Part shown: positions 62,512 through 64,000 of the stretch, piece after piece
How the letters are laid out: every line of letters begins with the position of its first letter
Position numbering within the stretch: position 1 is the stretch's first letter
From: a bacterium
GTDB lineage: Bacteria > Lindowbacteria > 2-12-FULL-62-27
Reading direction: 5' to 3'
DNA length: 64,000 nt
Assembly (NCBI GenBank): GCA_016202645.1
Contig: JACQOF010000140.1
Location: 25-64,024, forward strand
Made by a program: the position numbers and the translations under genes
The notes under the pieces: model-generated
What the model was told of the DNA's origin: nothing
Database searches by the model: none
The model's input: the letters and a program-made list of their open reading frames with translations, nothing else

Positions 62512-63631
62512 CCAAGCCAAGGCGGTGACGCAGACGATGCTTCGAAAGTTCCGCCAGCGCCGCATCCACCCGGTCGCGGCTCTTCACCCCGCGAATCTGG
62601 TCGGCCAGTTCCGTTAACCCCTCCGCCCAACTTACCCGGGGAGCCCAACCCAGGAGCCGCCGGATCCGGCTGATGTCCGCGATGCAGTGGCGGATGTCGC
62701 CCGTGCGGTATTCCTTCAGAATTTTCGGCTGGATCGGACGGCCCATCGCATCGGCCAAGTCCTTCGCAACGCCCAAGATCGCCCGGGGCCGGCCGGAACC
62801 CACGTTGAGGGCGTGGCCGTCGGCGCGGTCTGAGAGGAGGGCCGAGAGATTGGCCGCCGCGATGTCCCGGACGTGGATGAAATCCCGAGTCTGGCGGCCG
62901 TCCTCGAAAACGAGCGGCGCATGCCGGTTCAAAAGACGCGTGCCGAAAATCGCGAGAACGCCGGTGTAGGGATTGTCGAGAGACTGGCGCGGCCCGAAGA
63001 CATTGAAATACCGGAGCGCCACAGTCGGGATGCCGTAGGTCCGGCCGATCAGTAAACACATCTCCTCCTGATCTCGTTTGGTCTGGGCGTAGATGGACGT
63101 CGGATCGAGACTCTTGTGTTCCGGCGTCAGCGCCGGCTTTAAGGCGGAGCGTCGGATCCGCAGCTCGTATCGGCCTCTACGCAAATCCCCCGGATCACGC
63201 TGGACCGCCTCCAGCACCAGGCGGCGCCCCGCCCGGTACGCGCCCTCACCGTAAATGCTCATGCTTGACGCGACCACCAGTTTCCGAACGCGGTGTTTGC
63301 GGTTGACGAGATGATGCAGGAGGATGGCGGTGCCGCGGACGTTGATGTCGACGTATGCATCGATTTCGTACATGGACTGCCCGACACCGACAAGACTCGC
63401 CTCATGGTAAATCACGTCAACTTTCGAGATCAGGTCTCCCAGAAGCCGGACGTTCCGGACGTCGCCTCGGACAAAAGTCGCGTTCGGCGAAAGATAGGCG
63501 GGCTTGCGCCGTGTTGGATGCACCTGCGGGTGCAGAGAGTCGAGCACAATCACGCGATGACCGTCGGCCAGAAGCGCGTCCACAATATGCGACCCGATGA
63601 AGCCGGCGCCACCTGTCACCAGAACCTTCAT
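62477..63631 (-). CDS. NAD-dependent sugar epimerase/dehydratase
   Basis: 384 aa. MKVLVTGGAGFIGSH and the catalytic YAQTK. The C-terminal ~12 codons run into a palindrome arm. Confidence 0.8.
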   Translation of the reverse strand: MKVLVTGGAGFIGSHIVDALLADGHRVIVLDSLHPQVHPTRRKPAYLSPNATFVRGDVRNVRLLGDLISKVDVIYHEASLVGVGQSMYEIDAYVDINVRGTAILLHHLVNRKHRVRKLVVASSMSIYGEGAYRAGRRLVLEAVQRDPGDLRRGRYELRIRRSALKPALTPEHKSLDPTSIYAQTKRDQEEMCLLIGRTYGIPTVALRYFNVFGPRQSLDNPYTGVLAIFGTRLLNRHAPLVFEDGRQTRDFIHVRDIAAANLSALLSDRADGHALNVGSGRPRAILGVAKDLADAMGRPIQPKILKEYRTGDIRHCIADISRIRRLLGWAPRVSWAEGLTELADQIRGVKSRDRVDAALAELSKHRLRHRLGLGGRKGDREKGR

Positions 63632-63999
63632 GTTTTCTCCCCCGATTTCTTCAACACCAACGTAAACGCGCTGTATCCGCAGATGCTCATTCCATAAACC
63701 TCCGCCAACTGCGCCAGATACGCATCCCAGTTGCCCACGTCGAACACCGGCGTTTCAACCGGCGACAGGCCGGACCATTCGATCACCCGCTTGACGTCCG
63801 CAGGCAGAAACACATCGGACTTTCCGGGTATGGGGCGCTCGGCGTAATCAAGGGTTAATAGCATAAGTCCGCCCGGTTTGAGAACCCGCGCCATCTGCTC
63901 GACCGCATTTTTTTGATCGGCGGCGGGCTGAATGTGTTCCAACACGGAAATCGAAAAGACCCGGTCGAAGCATTGGTCGGGCCACGTGAGCGATTGCAT
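63628..63999 (-). CDS. class I SAM methyltransferase (5' end outside window)
   Basis: C-terminal 123 aa only, with FSISVLEHI and LKPGGLMLLTL. Confidence 0.6.
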   Translation of the reverse strand: MQSLTWPDQCFDRVFSISVLEHIQPAADQKNAVEQMARVLKPGGLMLLTLDYAERPIPGKSDVFLPADVKRVIEWSGLSPVETPVFDVGNWDAYLAQLAEVYGMSICGYSAFTLVLKKSGEKT

Positions 64000-64000
64000 C

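Noticed and set aside
1-64000. Mobile genetic element, prophage, defence island, tRNA or rRNA genes
   Set aside because: I recognised no integrase, transposase, recombinase, phage structural, restriction-modification, cas or reverse-transcriptase signature in any frame. I found no cloverleaf-like or rRNA-like segment by eye. A tRNAscan/Infernal run would be needed to exclude small RNAs.

Overview
GC-rich (by eye) chromosomal window from a flagellated diderm bacterium: L-ring and P-ring genes are present. The lineage cannot be named from the sequence alone. I call about 65 protein-coding genes. I saw no rRNA, tRNA, CRISPR array, transposase, integrase or phage gene.

Gene layout, left to right:
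- 0.1-5.2 kb: sat plus secreted/TPR genes and a PpiD-like PPIase.
- 5.4-18.4 kb: a 13-kb mixed-strand glycan-modification island. It holds a CDP-hexose pathway (rfbF, a 4,6-dehydratase-like gene, a cupin epimerase, a C-methyltransferase), GT2, GT9 and CgeB-like glycosyltransferases, CmcI-like and class I methyltransferases, three paralogous membrane-anchored SGNH proteins, and a DUF4258/YgiT toxin-antitoxin-like pair.
- 18.5-26.8 kb: rpmE-prfA-prmC, running through overlapping stop/start codons into an unusual acylation module (DltD-like protein, MBOAT, BioC-like methyltransferase, DltC-like carrier protein, second MBOAT, SGNH protein).
- An aa3-type cytochrome c oxidase operon, then mnmG-mnmE-glmS-pdxJ, tig-clpP-clpX-lon, and a class V aminotransferase-serA-hisZ group.
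- murA-flgF-flgG-flgA-flgH-flgI-flgJ-like.
- Right end: two flagellins, a cupin, a DUF255 thioredoxin-domain protein, queG, an orphan rod paralog, and a sugar epimerase/methyltransferase pair at the edge.

Non-coding structure overlaid on these genes:
- Family A: a 28-nt GAAA-tetraloop hairpin unit, 8 loci, mostly as inverted pairs.
- Family B: a C-run/G-run hairpin element, 6 units.
- A 62-nt double-hairpin element inserted twice, in two different reading frames, inside the GT9 gene.
- A 14-nt unit expanded in frame inside mnmG and prmC.
- Long intergenic palindromes whose arms are themselves short tandem repeats.

Best candidates for something new:
1. A flagellin whose variable region reads as a VWA/MIDAS domain.
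2. The carrier-protein-linked double MBOAT/SGNH operon, which has no adenylating enzyme in the window.
3. The in-frame, structure-conserving repeat insertions in coding genes.

All family calls come from motif recognition by eye. No database search was run.
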